A stretch of DNA of 64,000 nucleotides from Firmicutes bacterium UBA5509 (GCA_002423965.1 DIOR01000006.1:21165-85164); one strand, 5' to 3'. Counted from the first letter of the stretch, positions 36,812 through 48,412 are shown. Translations and numbers: made by a program. Notes: generated by a model from the sequence alone, not told the origin.

Positions 36812-38623
36812 CTAGTTTTCAGTACTTTGATCGTCCACATCTGTTGCTTCTGCGTCGACAGTGGAGTCGCCACTGGCTTCCTGTTGGGGGTCGGCTTGTT
36901 GATAAACCTGAGAAGACAGTTCGTGGAGGATCTTAGTGACAGCATCTACTTCAGCCTTAATGCTGGCGGCATCGTCGCCCTTTGCCGTCTCTTCCAGGTG
37001 GCTGAGGGCGGCTTCAATTTCTTGTTTCTTGGCGGCATCGACCTTGTCCCCCAAATCCTCTAAAGCCTTGCGAGTGCTATAAGCTAAGGAATCCGCGCTG
37101 TTTTTAACATCGATCAATTCCTTGCGGGCGGCGTCAGAAGCGGAATGTTCCTCGGCGTCCTTTACCATCTTTTCAATATCTTCATCACTTAGTGCACCAG
37201 AAGCGGTTATAGTAATCTTCTGCTCCTTTTTCGTAGCTAGATCCTTGGCTGAAACATTGACAATACCATTGGCATCAATGTCAAAGGATACTTCTACTTG
37301 AGGGACACCTCTGGGTGCTGGTGGAATGCCGTCTAAGTGGAACCTTCCTAGGGTCTTATTGCCGGCAGCCATAGATCTCTCACCCTGGAGGACATGAATC
37401 TCCACACTGGGTTGATTGTCACTGGCAGTGGAAAAGATTTGGCTTTTGGAAGTGGGGATTGTGGTGTTGCGCTCAATTAGTTTGGTAAAAACACCGCCCA
37501 AAGTCTCTATGCCTAGAGATAAGGGAGTGACGTCAAGTAATACCACATCTTTTACTTCCCCTGACAGCACTGCCCCCTGAATTGCTGCCCCGAGGGCAAC
37601 AACTTCATCAGGATTAACTCCTTTATGGGGTTCTTTGCCAGTTTCCACCTTAATAGCTTCCTGAACTGCAGGAATACGAGTGGAACCGCCCACGAGAATG
37701 ACCTTGTCAATTCCCTTAGAGTTAAGCTTGGCATCGGCAATGGCCTGACGGGTGGGCCCCATGGTTGCTTCAACAAGGTCAGCTGTAAGCTCATCGAACT
37801 TTGCCCGGGTGAGATTTACATCTAGGTGCTGAGGTCCATTTTCATCGGCAGTGATAAAAGGCAGGCTGATATTGGTCTGCAAGGTGGAAGAAAGCTCTAC
37901 CTTGGCTTTTTCCGCTCCCTCCTTGAGACGCTGCACAGCTGACTTATCCTTGGAGAGGTCGATGCCGGTATCGCGCTTAAATTGTGCCACCAAAAAATCT
38001 ACTATCCGCAAGTCAAAATCGTCGCCTCCCAAACGGTTATTGCCGTTGGTGGCCTTTACCTCAAATACACCGTCGCCAATTTCCAGAATGGAGACATCAA
38101 AGGTTCCGCCCCCGAGATCAAAGACCAGAATGGTTTGGTCTTCGTCTTTTTCCAGACCGTAGGCCAACGCTGCAGCTGTAGGCTCGTTAATTATCCGCAG
38201 GACATTAAGGCCAGCTATCTTTCCAGCATCCTTTGTTGCTTGGCGTTGCGAGTCACTGAAATAAGCAGGCACGGTAATAACTGCATCCTGCACTTTTTCT
38301 CCTAAATAATCCTCGGCGTCAGTCTTGAGCTTTTGCAAGATCATGGCAGACACTTCTTGAGGAGTGTATTTTTTGTCATCAATTGTAACTGAAAAATCAG
38401 TGCCCATATGACGTTTTACTGAGAGGATTGTGCGGTCAGGATTGATGACAGCCTGGCGCTTTGCCGTCTGACCCACAAGAAGCTCTCCATTTTTTGAAAA
38501 GCCAACAACAGAAGGAGTGAGACGGCCTCCTTCGGCATTGACAATAATCTCTGGGCTGCCCCCCTCCATAACGGCGACAACAGAATTAGTTGTACCTAAG
38601 TCGATTCCAATTACTTTTCCCAT
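36812..38623 (-). CDS. dnaK: Chaperone DnaK (Hsp70)
   Basis: [18 protein letters not shown]-terminal substrate-binding and lid domains. Confidence 0.97.
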   Translation of the reverse strand: MGKVIGIDLGTTNSVVAVMEGGSPEIIVNAEGGRLTPSVVGFSKNGELLVGQTAKRQAVINPDRTILSVKRHMGTDFSVTIDDKKYTPQEVSAMILQKLKTDAEDYLGEKVQDAVITVPAYFSDSQRQATKDAGKIAGLNVLRIINEPTAAALAYGLEKDEDQTILVFDLGGGTFDVSILEIGDGVFEVKATNGNNRLGGDDFDLRIVDFLVAQFKRDTGIDLSKDKSAVQRLKEGAEKAKVELSSTLQTNISLPFITADENGPQHLDVNLTRAKFDELTADLVEATMGPTRQAIADAKLNSKGIDKVILVGGSTRIPAVQEAIKVETGKEPHKGVNPDEVVALGAAIQGAVLSGEVKDVVLLDVTPLSLGIETLGGVFTKLIERNTTIPTSKSQIFSTASDNQPSVEIHVLQGERSMAAGNKTLGRFHLDGIPPAPRGVPQVEVSFDIDANGIVNVSAKDLATKKEQKITITASGALSDEDIEKMVKDAEEHSASDAARKELIDVKNSADSLAYSTRKALEDLGDKVDAAKKQEIEAALSHLEETAKGDDAASIKAEVDAVTKILHELSSQVYQQADPQQEASGDSTVDAEATDVDDQSTEN

Positions 38624-39141
38624 TAATTTGCATCCTCCTTCATAATATTTACCTTTACTGCTGCGGGGCGGATAACCTTTCCACCCAAGGTGTAACCTTT
38701 GCGCAGCTCATCAATAATGGCGTTATCAGGGAGATCAGGGCAGTGGGCATGGGTGACTGCCTCATGTACCATAGGGTCAAAGGGGCAACCTACTGCATCA
38801 ATGACCTTTACCCCCTCCCCCTCTAAGACTCCCATCAGCTGGTCATATATCATAGTCATGCCCTTGAGCACCGACTGATCCGATAAAGAGTCCAAAGCTA
38901 TACTAAAGTTGTCTAGAACCGGCAGCAGCTGGCAAAATAAGTTCTCATTTGCCCTGGCGACAACCTCTAGTGTTTGCCGTTGGGTGCGCTTGCGAAAATT
39001 GTCAAAGTCTGCGGCCAGTCTTGTGTAGTTGGCCAGAAGGGCCTCTAACTCCAGATGTAATTTTTCTTGCTCAAGTCCAGCTTCACTTTCAACAGGTTGC
39101 TCAATGCATTCCTTTGGGGCAACGTCTTTTTTTACTGTCAT
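38623..39141 (-). CDS. grpE: Nucleotide exchange factor GrpE
   Basis: GrpE coiled-coil plus C-terminal beta domain. Position. Confidence 0.9.
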   Translation of the reverse strand: MTVKKDVAPKECIEQPVESEAGLEQEKLHLELEALLANYTRLAADFDNFRKRTQRQTLEVVARANENLFCQLLPVLDNFSIALDSLSDQSVLKGMTMIYDQLMGVLEGEGVKVIDAVGCPFDPMVHEAVTHAHCPDLPDNAIIDELRKGYTLGGKVIRPAAVKVNIMKEDAN

Positions 39142-39143
39142 TC

Positions 39144-40157
39144 CTAACTACCTCCGCTACTGAAATATTCCCGTAACCAGCGAATAAAACCAATGGTTTT
39201 CGCGTATTGCATTCTGGCTGGGCCAAGAATACCCAAGGTAACCTTGCGGTCAGTTAGGTTAAATGTGGCCACCACCAAACTGCATTCACTAAAACTCTCC
39301 AAGCCCATTTCCGGTCCAATTTTTATATCCAGGTCTTCAAGGCGGCTGGAACCTGACCCCATTAGTTTTAGGATTTGCTCATTTTGTTCCAAAGTCCTAA
39401 ACAGTTCCCTGACTTTGTCTACATCCTTAAACTCGGGTTCCTTAAGAAGATTAGTTGCACCGTCCATCACCAATTCCTGACCATCAGCGACCATGAGATG
39501 TCGTACCATATAAAAAATATCATCAACTAAGCTGAGGTTTCCTGCAAATTCAGCCCTGAGACTGCACAGGAGCCTAGAATCAATGTGTTGAAGCTGGACT
39601 CCCTGAAGCCTACGATTGATAAATACCGATAAGGCGTCAATCTCCTGAGTTGTAACCCCCTCTGGGATACTAATGGAGTGATGCTTGACAGTGCCGTCGC
39701 CGAGAACCACCAGACATATGGCACTGGTTGCAGACAGGGGAATGAGGTTAATATGCCTAATATCCTGGACATTATCGGAGGGCTCCGCGATCAAAGATAT
39801 ATAACTGGTCACTGCCGCCAAAAGCCGTGCCAACTGGCGAGGGTTTTTGGACAGGGAAATGCCTGCAGCGGAAATAAGTTCTTCCACTCTAGACAAGTCC
39901 TGTGGAGTCAGACTGCTATCTTCTAGAATAGAATTGACATAGTACCTATAGCCTTTGGGCGAGGGAATCCTTCCAGCTGATGTATGGGGCTGCTGCAAAT
40001 AGCCCATCTCTTCGAGATCGGCCATTTCGTTGCGAATAGTAGCTGGGCTAAGGTCAATCTGGTGACGCTTGACAAGAGTCCTTGAACCTATTGGTTCAGC
40101 AGAAGAAATATAGTCCTGAATAATGGCGTGTAGTATCAGGCGTTTTCTCTTATCCAC
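39144..40157 (-). CDS. hrcA: Heat-inducible transcription repressor HrcA
   Basis: LILHAIIQDYISSAEPIGSRTL winged-helix N-terminus. Start moved to the GTG at VDKRKRLIL, which follows a GGGGGG ribosome-binding site. The ORF-track start at 40184 runs into the CIRCE element. Confidence 0.9.
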   Translation of the reverse strand: MDKRKRLILHAIIQDYISSAEPIGSRTLVKRHQIDLSPATIRNEMADLEEMGYLQQPHTSAGRIPSPKGYRYYVNSILEDSSLTPQDLSRVEELISAAGISLSKNPRQLARLLAAVTSYISLIAEPSDNVQDIRHINLIPLSATSAICLVVLGDGTVKHHSISIPEGVTTQEIDALSVFINRRLQGVQLQHIDSRLLCSLRAEFAGNLSLVDDIFYMVRHLMVADGQELVMDGATNLLKEPEFKDVDKVRELFRTLEQNEQILKLMGSGSSRLEDLDIKIGPEMGLESFSECSLVVATFNLTDRKVTLGILGPARMQYAKTIGFIRWLREYFSSGGS

Positions 40158-40177
40158 TGATTTACCCCCCCTTCTTG

Positions 40178-40204
40178 TTAGCACTCTGTTCTATCGAGTG
40201 CTAA
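40178..40204 (-). promoter_or_regulatory. CIRCE operator (HrcA binding site)
   Basis: TTAGCACTC-tgttctatc-GAGTGCTAA, a perfect match to the CIRCE consensus. It lies about 20 nt upstream of hrcA. Confidence 0.95.
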
Positions 40205-40216
40205 TTCCCCATAAAA

Positions 40217-40245
40217 AAAATACCACTAGGGCGACAATTTGTCAA
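40217..40245 (-). promoter_or_regulatory. Sigma-A promoter of the hrcA-grpE-dnaK-dnaJ operon
   Basis: TTGACA, a 17-nt spacer, then TATTTT on the minus strand, ending 11 nt before CIRCE. Confidence 0.6.
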
Positions 40246-40564
40246 CATCCAACCAAGATCTTAATTTTTCTATGTCCCCAAAAATTAAAAGACGGGGAAG
40301 TTTGACCTCTCCCCCGCCCCTGGCAAAGTGCCAGTAACTATCCTCTATACTTACTGTACATAACTCTATACATGGTACATGGTATTGTTTATCCGGCACT
40401 ACCAGCGTCATTCCATGGCTATATTTTATAGATACCGATACAAAAGGTGCCTCCGGCATTATTAGACGGGTAAGGCCTGCATCGACGATACTCAGTCCTC
40501 CCAATACCAGGCCTAGAATTATAAACATTGCTATAAAGTAGAGATTGCTTTCTTTGACTTTCAC
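40226..40564 (-). CDS. Small membrane protein, YqxA/DUF3679-like (sporulation-associated position)
   Basis: 112 aa with an N-terminal transmembrane helix, immediately downstream of spoIIP. It has the same size and position as B. subtilis yqxA. Confidence 0.4.
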   Translation of the reverse strand: MKVKESNLYFIAMFIILGLVLGGLSIVDAGLTRLIMPEAPFVSVSIKYSHGMTLVVPDKQYHVPCIELCTVSIEDSYWHFARGGGEVKLPRLLIFGDIEKLRSWLDVDKLSP

Positions 40565-41475
40565 TGGGCACCTCCATAATATTCAACTAATATATCCGCC
40601 AGGAGTTCTGCGCCATAAACCGCCTCCTCCAGGGTATTCCAGTGTCCCCCAATCTCTACGAGAATTGCCCCCGGGTGCAGGTCCTGATGGAATGTTGAAT
40701 CTAGCCGCATTATTATTCCCCTTGACAGGCCAGGATATTTATCTTCCATTAGATTGTGCAACTCATTGGCTACCCAGTGATTATTTTTCCAGTTTGGATG
40801 GGCAGAACTTATAACAAACATAATCTGGCCAGCCGCCCGATTATTGACTATGGCTGTTGTCACTTTCCGGCCGCTTTCTTCTGTCTTGCCCACTCCATCC
40901 CTGTGAATATCCATAATTACGCTAATATCCGGATTTGTATCCAACATTTCCTGGGCAGTCTTGCGAGATTCTGTATAGGACTTCTTGTAGACAGGATCGT
41001 GATATTTTTTTTCGTGGATCACGGGAATATTATTCTCAGTCAACTTGGTTGCAATTACCTGCCCCAAACTTACAACGGTCTGAGAAAAGTCCTCAGATCT
41101 TGCTCCTCCACTGGTAGGAATAAAAGCCTCGCTGGAATGAGTATGGTAAATACCAACCTTTCCTTGGCGTGAAGTTCCCGGATTTTCGGCCTTCAGGGGA
41201 GGCTTCCATGTAACCTCTTGCCATTCGCCGGGATCAATGCTGGCAAATGCAGGTAGTTGCATCCCCAGGATACGCCAAGGCTCCAACTTAAAACTAGTGC
41301 CGACCTCATCAATGTCCTCATAAAAAATCCCCGGAGCCCCCCAGCTAAGCAGGTAATAGGGATTTAGGGTGTTGGACCTGGCTGCTAAAGGGGCCAGGAC
41401 ATTGCTGGCCATAATAAACAGAACCACTATAAGGGAAATCAACGCTATCCACAAAAATCTTTTTTTCTTATTCAT
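40561..41475 (-). CDS. spoIIP: Stage II sporulation protein P
   Basis: Signal/transmembrane N-terminus plus C-terminal amidase-like domain. Synteny rpsT-gpr-spoIIP. Confidence 0.8.
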   Translation of the reverse strand: MNKKKRFLWIALISLIVVLFIMASNVLAPLAARSNTLNPYYLLSWGAPGIFYEDIDEVGTSFKLEPWRILGMQLPAFASIDPGEWQEVTWKPPLKAENPGTSRQGKVGIYHTHSSEAFIPTSGGARSEDFSQTVVSLGQVIATKLTENNIPVIHEKKYHDPVYKKSYTESRKTAQEMLDTNPDISVIMDIHRDGVGKTEESGRKVTTAIVNNRAAGQIMFVISSAHPNWKNNHWVANELHNLMEDKYPGLSRGIIMRLDSTFHQDLHPGAILVEIGGHWNTLEEAVYGAELLADILVEYYGGAQ

Positions 41476-41550
41476 ACCGACCCCTCCCTTGACAATATAT
41501 GCAAAGGGGAGGATTTTAAGAAAAAATCGGGGATAAATATATCCTCGATT

Positions 41551-42519
41551 CTAGTTTAAGTATTCCTGGGCCACCCGGGGGTGGAGAGCGGCGTTTAAGC
41601 CATTGGCCAGTAAATCCGAAATATCTTTTAATAACCTGTCTACTTCCTTGGGAGTCACCATCAGTATACCTACTTCTGGAGTCAATACCTCTTTAATCAG
41701 TTGCTTTTTATCTTCCACAGAAAACTTTTCCAAGGCGGAAAGCATTATTCTGATATCCCCTGGAATTTTAACTTCATTTTGGGCTGCCCGGATGAGCAGG
41801 TCCAGAACATCTCCAGTTAGGGTGGCAGCGTCAACAACTGTGGGTACACCCAGGGCAATCACTGGAATTCCAAGGTTCTCTCTAGTTACCCCCTGTCGTG
41901 TATTGCCCACACCAGAACCAGGATAGATTCCTGTATCAGAAATCTGAATTGTGGTATTGAGCCGGTGCAGGCTACGGGCAGCCAAAGCGTCGATGGCAAT
42001 TACAACATCTGGCCTAATCCTCTGGACAATGCCAAAGATTATCTCCCCAGTCTCAATTCCCGTCAGGCCTAATACTCCTGGCGCAATGGCACAAACATCT
42101 CTAAAACCTGGTCCAATTTTGTCAGGGTACATGGCCTTTAGATGCCGGGTGACATATATTTTTTCAACTACACTAGGGCCAAGAGAATCAGGAGTTACAT
42201 TCCAATTGCCTAAGCCTACAACTAACACCTTTGAATCGCTATTCAGATTCAAAAGCCCTTGAAGCTCCTGCCCTAGCACCTTGACGAGTCGGGTTTCCAA
42301 TTCTTCATTTTTTTCTCTGAGACCAAGTGCCTCAATAGTAAGGTACTTTCCCTGCCCCTTGCCAAGCTTGGTGGCAGCATCAGGAGTAAGGATATCAGTA
42401 ACGGAAATATCAATCCCCTCCTGGGATTGATGCTTAGTTACTACTCCCTCCAGTTCAGGAAGCTCACTGGTTTGCAGGAATATTTCATGGGCTTCCAGGA
42501 CTAAGTCAGTTCTAAACAA
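41551..42519 (-). CDS. gpr: Germination protease (GPR endopeptidase)
   Basis: RTDLVLEAHE, VLVVGLGNWNVTPDSLGP, IAIDALAARS…TTIQISDTGIYPGSGVGN. These align closely with B. subtilis Gpr. Confidence 0.95.
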   Translation of the reverse strand: MFRTDLVLEAHEIFLQTSELPELEGVVTKHQSQEGIDISVTDILTPDAATKLGKGQGKYLTIEALGLREKNEELETRLVKVLGQELQGLLNLNSDSKVLVVGLGNWNVTPDSLGPSVVEKIYVTRHLKAMYPDKIGPGFRDVCAIAPGVLGLTGIETGEIIFGIVQRIRPDVVIAIDALAARSLHRLNTTIQISDTGIYPGSGVGNTRQGVTRENLGIPVIALGVPTVVDAATLTGDVLDLLIRAAQNEVKIPGDIRIMLSALEKFSVEDKKQLIKEVLTPEVGILMVTPKEVDRLLKDISDLLANGLNAALHPRVAQEYLN

Positions 42520-42536
42520 ATTAACTCCTCTTTCTC

Positions 42537-42863
42537 TTACCTGAGTTCCGTTGGAACAAAGATATCGATTATCCCGATAATCAATGCAGCAACCAATGCG
42601 CCAAGGATTGTAACGTCTAGATCACGCACAACGAATTGAGTCAAGTAGATGACAACGGCAGAGGTCAAAAACCCGATTACCCCACGGCCCTGGGGAGAGA
42701 CATTTTTTCCAAACAAAGCTTCAATTGCATAACCCAAGACGCTGATAACCACTGCAGCAATCAGAGCATTGACAAAGGTCAAAGGGCCAAATCCGGGAAT
42801 TAAAAATCCCACAAACATTAAAACCAAGGCAGAGACAATAAATCTAATTATCATTCGAAGCAT
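42537..42863 (-). CDS. Phage-holin-4_2/DUF360-like small membrane protein
   Basis: Three transmembrane helices (MLRMIIRFIVSALVLMFVGFLIPGF…). Start set at the ATG that follows AAAGGAGGAAT. The ORF-track extension runs into the rpsT promoter region. Confidence 0.5.
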   Translation of the reverse strand: MLRMIIRFIVSALVLMFVGFLIPGFGPLTFVNALIAAVVISVLGYAIEALFGKNVSPQGRGVIGFLTSAVVIYLTQFVVRDLDVTILGALVAALIIGIIDIFVPTELR

Positions 42864-42995
42864 ATAGTGATTCCTCCTTTGCTTATAGAGTAACCGATAA
42901 ACATCAAAATAATTCCCTGCTCCTGGCTTGCATTTATCAATTCCCCATGATAAAATCCTAATGTTGCTAATTCGGCAATAAGGGAGGTGTTCCAA

Positions 42996-43247
42996 ATGGC
43001 AAACAATAAAACTGCAATAAAAAGGATTAAAATTAGCGAGGTAAAACGGGCTAAAAATGTCAGCGCCAAATCCTCGATAAAAACCAATATCCGCAAGTTC
43101 GATACCGCCCGAGCAGAAGGCAATACCGAATCTGCCACAGCTCTATACATCAAGATTACTTCTATGTTGGATAAGGCTGCCAGCAAAGGCATAATTCATA
43201 AAAACACTGCCGCTCGTCATAAATCAAGGCTCGCCTCGAGAATGTAA
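42996..43247 (+). CDS. rpsT: 30S ribosomal protein S20
   Basis: MANNKTAIKRIKISEVKRAKN… is the S20 signature. The ORF-track start 9 nt upstream (MFQ) is an extension. Confidence 0.95.
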   Translation: MANNKTAIKRIKISEVKRAKNVSAKSSIKTNIRKFDTARAEGNTESATALYIKITSMLDKAASKGIIHKNTAARHKSRLASRM

Positions 43248-43248
43248 A

Positions 43249-43275
43249 AATCCCGTCTACCGGGATTATTTTTTT
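43249..43275 (+). terminator. Rho-independent terminator of rpsT
   Basis: Hairpin aatcccg-tctac-cgggatt plus a T7 run. It overlaps the 3' end of convergent holA. Confidence 0.8.
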
Positions 43276-44243
43276 GCAATTTTTACAAGCAATACTTGGA
43301 GTAATGCGGCCCCTTGCATTCTTCCCGTCTTAAAGCTATAGTCTGCATCCAGGATGGACTCAAGGCTGAAAGCACATTGTTTCATGTCTAGACTTGTGGC
43401 TTGGGTTCTTAGTTTTTGAAAAGCATAAGGGTGCATGGAGGGCAACTGCCGCTGGATTTGTGCACTGCTGTGACCTTGGTGCCGAAAAAAAAGAAATTCA
43501 AAGAGCAACCTGTACTGCCGTCCTAACATAAACAAAATATAAGGCACTTCCGCCCCGGTGCGTAGCATATCTTCGGTTGCCATCTGGGCTTTTGCTAGCT
43601 GACCGCCAACGACATAATCCACCAAAGTGAAGATGCTGGTTTGAATATCCCGCACTGCCAGAGTTTGAACGGTTTCGACGCTGATTTCCGAATTGTAATT
43701 TATCAGTTTTTTTAGTTCGTTGTCCAGGACTAGTAAATTTGTGCCTGCAAGATATACAAGATTATCGGCTGCGTTCCTATCAAACTTTGTCGCCCCAAGC
43801 TCCATCCCCCTGCGAAGTACCCACCCAATTAGCTCTGAGCCCTTGGGAGGAATCACTTCAATAAGTCTGGCAGTTTTGCTTAACTTTTTGTACAGGCCAG
43901 AGCGCTTGTCCACCTTGCCCCGGGTATAGATAATAAGGACGTTTTCGTGGCAAGACAAGAGTTCCTCCACTCTTCCAAGATCGGGTTTGCCTGCAAGTAG
44001 GTCCTGGTATTCAATGAGAAAAACCCGGGACTGAGAAAACATCGGCATGTCCAGCAACTTTTCATTTGCTTCATCCCAGCTGGAGAGACTCTCCAGGGAC
44101 CATTCATCTTCACCACCGTGGCGGTGAATGAGCTCCTGAACTTTGGCATCAACTAGATACTCTTCTTCACCGATAACAAAATAATTGTCAGCCATCGCTA
44201 TCTCCCCACAAAGGTTTTTATTCTGACCCCTCCCCAGGGCCAA
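43266..44243 (-). CDS. holA: DNA polymerase III delta subunit
   Basis: Delta N-terminal and C-terminal domains. Position between comEC and rpsT, as for B. subtilis yqeN. Confidence 0.8.
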   Translation of the reverse strand: MALGRGQNKNLCGEIAMADNYFVIGEEEYLVDAKVQELIHRHGGEDEWSLESLSSWDEANEKLLDMPMFSQSRVFLIEYQDLLAGKPDLGRVEELLSCHENVLIIYTRGKVDKRSGLYKKLSKTARLIEVIPPKGSELIGWVLRRGMELGATKFDRNAADNLVYLAGTNLLVLDNELKKLINYNSEISVETVQTLAVRDIQTSIFTLVDYVVGGQLAKAQMATEDMLRTGAEVPYILFMLGRQYRLLFEFLFFRHQGHSSAQIQRQLPSMHPYAFQKLRTQATSLDMKQCAFSLESILDADYSFKTGRMQGAALLQVLLVKIAKK

Positions 44244-46332
44244 AAATCTACTCTGATATACCCGGATGAGTCTGTGCGGTATATTTGGGAATTGACCCGG
44301 GCAAGATTGTCTAATGTTACTTGATCTGGAAAGTCAAAGGGGTTGTTTACACCGCAACTAATAACTGCCACCCTAGGCATTACTTTTGTCAAGAACTCCT
44401 GAGACGATGAGGTTTTGCTGCCATGATGAGCCACCTTCAGCACCTGGTATGGTCGAAGCCAGGGCCAATAGAGCATTTCCCCATCTGCTTCAATATCCCC
44501 GGTGACAAGCAATTTGTCCCCTCCCAAAGAAACCAGCAGGGATGAATCGTTGACATTTGAAAGTGAGAGATTATGGGAGAAGATTTCAAGTCCCTCCAGG
44601 ACAGAGACTTGGGTGGAAACCATCGTTCCCTCAGCAGAATCCAGGGGAAAATTGACCAAAATCTGCTCTACAGGAATATCCGCCAGTATAGCAGCTACCC
44701 CCCCCAAGTGGTCGGCATGAGAGTGGGTAATAATCAAGGCCTTGAGCCTGTCTACTCCCAAATAACGTAAAGTAGGTAGCACCGCCTTCTGCCCAGCCCA
44801 GGCATCTCCGCCATCCACCAGTACCCACTGCCCCTTGGTTCTAATGAGTAATGAATCTCCTTGGCCCACATCCAAGAACCATACTGTTGTCACCTGAAAG
44901 GCATAAAAGCTAAAGACCAAGACGACTATTAACATACTCGTTACAACGGAGTAAACAGTTTTTTTTATTGGCAGACCGGACAGATGCAAAATCAGGCCGA
45001 GGCTGGCCACTGCGGTGAGGGCCAATTCCAAGCCCCCCATCCTAATGGACAGCGGGAATTCAGTGAGCAGAGATAAAAAGGCAGCCACTCCACCTAACAA
45101 AAACCTTGCAGGCAGGGCAATTATTGATCCCAATACCCCAGAAAATAGGCCTGCCAGCAGTGCAAAACCCGCCATTAAGGGCATTAGGGGGACGATGACA
45201 ATATTCGCCAAGAGAGACCATAGAGATATACTGCCGAAAAGCCCAATAGTCATCGGCAATGCTACAAGCTGTATAAGTATAGTTAGTGATGCCGTCTTTT
45301 GAATTGGTGCAGGCAAGAACCGGAAAAACCTATCAAGGCCACCCTTTGCACTAAGGCAGACAAAGGTAGCAGTCAGAGATAAGACAAAGGCATAGTCAAA
45401 TAGCCACAGAGGATTATACAAGAGCATAATAAATGCAGTCCATTGTATGGCTGTGATTCCTTGCTTTTCCCTGTTGGCCAGTATGGCTGCAATACCCCAG
45501 GCCGCCATAAGGGCTGCCCTAACCAGGGAAGGCGAGGGCCCCGCAAATACAATAAATATGGCAATACATGCCAAGGTAATAATGCTGGACACAGCTTTAC
45601 CCAGGCCTAAAAGCCGTAAGAAAGTAAGCATTAGAGCCATTAAAAGCCCAACATGAAGACCGGATAAGGCAATAATATGACCGGTCCCGGTTAAGTACAG
45701 GGCGGATTTCAAATCCCCTCCCAGCATACTGCGATCTCCGGTGGTCAAGGCCAAGGCAAGGGCCCCACTGTCTGGGTTGGCAATGTTAGTAAGTATGTTT
45801 TGTCTGTAACTGCCCCTAGCTTTCTCAAGAAGACTTAAAGAAACAGTGTTGTAGGAAAGAACCTGAGGCCGGTTGAGGCTACCTATTTCTCCACCATAGA
45901 TTTTGCGTTTATAGTGCCAGCCTTGGCCGGGGTTGCGGTACTGAACGGGAGGATACAAAGCACTACGCAGACAATACATTCCTGGCTGGTAATGTTCTGA
46001 ATAAATCAGGACTGTAGCCCCCGTCAAAGACTCCGGTTCTAAGACCTTTCCCTGCCAGGCACAATAGTCCTCTCCCTCCTGGACAAGCCTAGTACTTTTA
46101 ATGAGGAAGACTTCTTCCTTTCCATACTCAGGACTATAGAGACCTTCCAGGTGAAAATTTGTCAACAACATTCCCGTAGCAAAAAATACAACACAGAGTG
46201 CAAATGTCTTCCCCTTGGTAAAAAGAAGCAGTACTAAACTTAATCCAAGGACAACCCATGCAATAAGCCAATTTTTGAAGAGTTCTCCCCCGATAATCCC
46301 AAGGACTAAACCGGCTATAACCCACCAAGTCA

Positions 46333-46333
<1 letters not shown>
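44198..46333 (-). CDS. comEC: DNA internalization competence protein ComEC/Rec2
   Basis: Polytopic competence domain plus C-terminal metallo-beta-lactamase domain (ITHSHADHLGG). Confidence 0.9.
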
Positions 46334-46938
<605 letters not shown>

Positions 46939-47053
46939 TTAACATAACACAAGAACAGCAAGAGAAAAACCCCGAATTTCAGGGATTATGCCCTTTGTGG
47001 CACTTGACTATTTTCCGATATAATCATCAGTATCATTTACTAGGAGGATGGAG

Positions 47054-47800
47054 ATGCGTAAAATTAAGCTGAAGCGAATACCGGAAACGATAGCCTTGGC
47101 GCTGTGTATATGTCTGTTATTCGCCACACCGGTTTTTGGACAGCAGTACACAATCAAACCCGGCGACAGCCTGTGGAAGATATCCAGAGCTTATGCAGTA
47201 TCTATTGACAGTCTTAAAGCCGCCAATAATCTCAGTAGCGATCTCATAACTGCAGGGGCAACCATTGAGGTTCCCATAGTCCATACAGTTGTGCGGGGTG
47301 AAAGCCTATATCTCCTGGCCCAACGTTATGGGACAAGCATTAATGCAATTGTCAGTACCAACAAATTAAAGGGAACAATTATCTATGTAGGGCAAAAACT
47401 TATCATCCCTTCTGCCCCCACTGTTCCGGACATAAAAACTAAGGCCACAAGTCAGGAAATGGACCTTTTAGTGCGAGCAGTTTACAGCGAAGCCAGGGGA
47501 GAACCATTCCAGGGACAGGTGGCTGTAGCAGCAGTTATCCTCAACCGTGTGAAACACCCTGATTTCCCCAATACAATTGCCGGTGTAATCTACCAGCCTT
47601 GGGCAATTACCGCAGTCCATGACGGCCAGTTCTGGTTTGCACCCAACCAATCTGCCTATAATGCGGCCCAACAGGCCCTTAGCGGCGTTGATCCCACTTA
47701 TGGAGCTGTATACTACTATAACCCTGTGACTGCCACCAATCAGTGGATCCGGTCCAGGACAATCATTACAAGGATCGGTAATCATGTCTTTGCCAGATAA
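47054..47800 (+). CDS. LysM-domain cell-wall hydrolase, SleB/CwlJ (Hydrolase_2) family
   Basis: Signal peptide, two LysM repeats (YTIKPGDSLWKIS…, HTVVRGESLYLLAQRYG), C-terminal SleB-type domain (AVYSEARGEPFQGQVAVAAVILNRVKHPDFPNT). Start at the second ATG, 6 nt after GGAGG. Confidence 0.85.
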   Translation: MRKIKLKRIPETIALALCICLLFATPVFGQQYTIKPGDSLWKISRAYAVSIDSLKAANNLSSDLITAGATIEVPIVHTVVRGESLYLLAQRYGTSINAIVSTNKLKGTIIYVGQKLIIPSAPTVPDIKTKATSQEMDLLVRAVYSEARGEPFQGQVAVAAVILNRVKHPDFPNTIAGVIYQPWAITAVHDGQFWFAPNQSAYNAAQQALSGVDPTYGAVYYYNPVTATNQWIRSRTIITRIGNHVFAR

Positions 47801-47805
47801 ATATC

Positions 47806-47829
47806 GGCTCTTCGGAGCCATTTTTTTTC
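47806..47829 (+). terminator. Rho-independent terminator (bidirectional geometry) between the hydrolase gene and comEA
   Basis: ggctc-ttcg-gagcc followed by a T9 run. Confidence 0.75.
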
Positions 47830-48354
47830 TCAAAAAGTAATTAAATCTTTGATGCTGTCAAATATTTTTGGGCCAATTGTGCCCACCTTAGTTATATCTT
47901 CAATAGAAGAGAATGGCCCATGGGTTTCTCTGTACTCAATAATTTTTTGCGCCCTAGAAGGGCCAATGTTAGGCAAGGTCTCCAATTCCTTGGCAGTGGC
48001 GGTATTTATATTGACTAGACCGTCTTCTTCGGACTCTTTTTGGGTATCCAAAGAGGGAACATGCACTTTTCTCCCGTCAAAGAGGATTTCCGCCAGGTTA
48101 AGCCGATGTATATCGGCATGTTCTGAAGGACCACCAGCAGCGTCGATTGCATCCTGGATTCTGCTACCAGCGGCGATAGTATACACCCCGGGGTAATTAA
48201 CCTCCCCAGATACATGTACTACTAGGACAGCTTCGCTAACTAATGGAGTTTTATCGGAGATCTTCCGGCCTTTAATGCTACTGCACATTCCCAAAGAAGC
48301 TATTAAAACCGCCAGAACTATTAAATACGCAAGTTCCTTGGTTTTTAGCTCCAC
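47830..48354 (-). CDS. comEA: Competence protein ComEA (DNA receptor)
   Basis: N-terminal transmembrane helix, SLBB-like domain, C-terminal tandem HhH (LNINTATAKELETLPNIGPSRAQKIIEYRETHGPF). Confidence 0.9.
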   Translation of the reverse strand: MELKTKELAYLIVLAVLIASLGMCSSIKGRKISDKTPLVSEAVLVVHVSGEVNYPGVYTIAAGSRIQDAIDAAGGPSEHADIHRLNLAEILFDGRKVHVPSLDTQKESEEDGLVNINTATAKELETLPNIGPSRAQKIIEYRETHGPFSSIEDITKVGTIGPKIFDSIKDLITF

Positions 48355-48412
48355 ACCCTACCCTCCTAATACGATACTGGAGTTTAATTCTGCGTTTTGG
48401 CACCAATATCCT

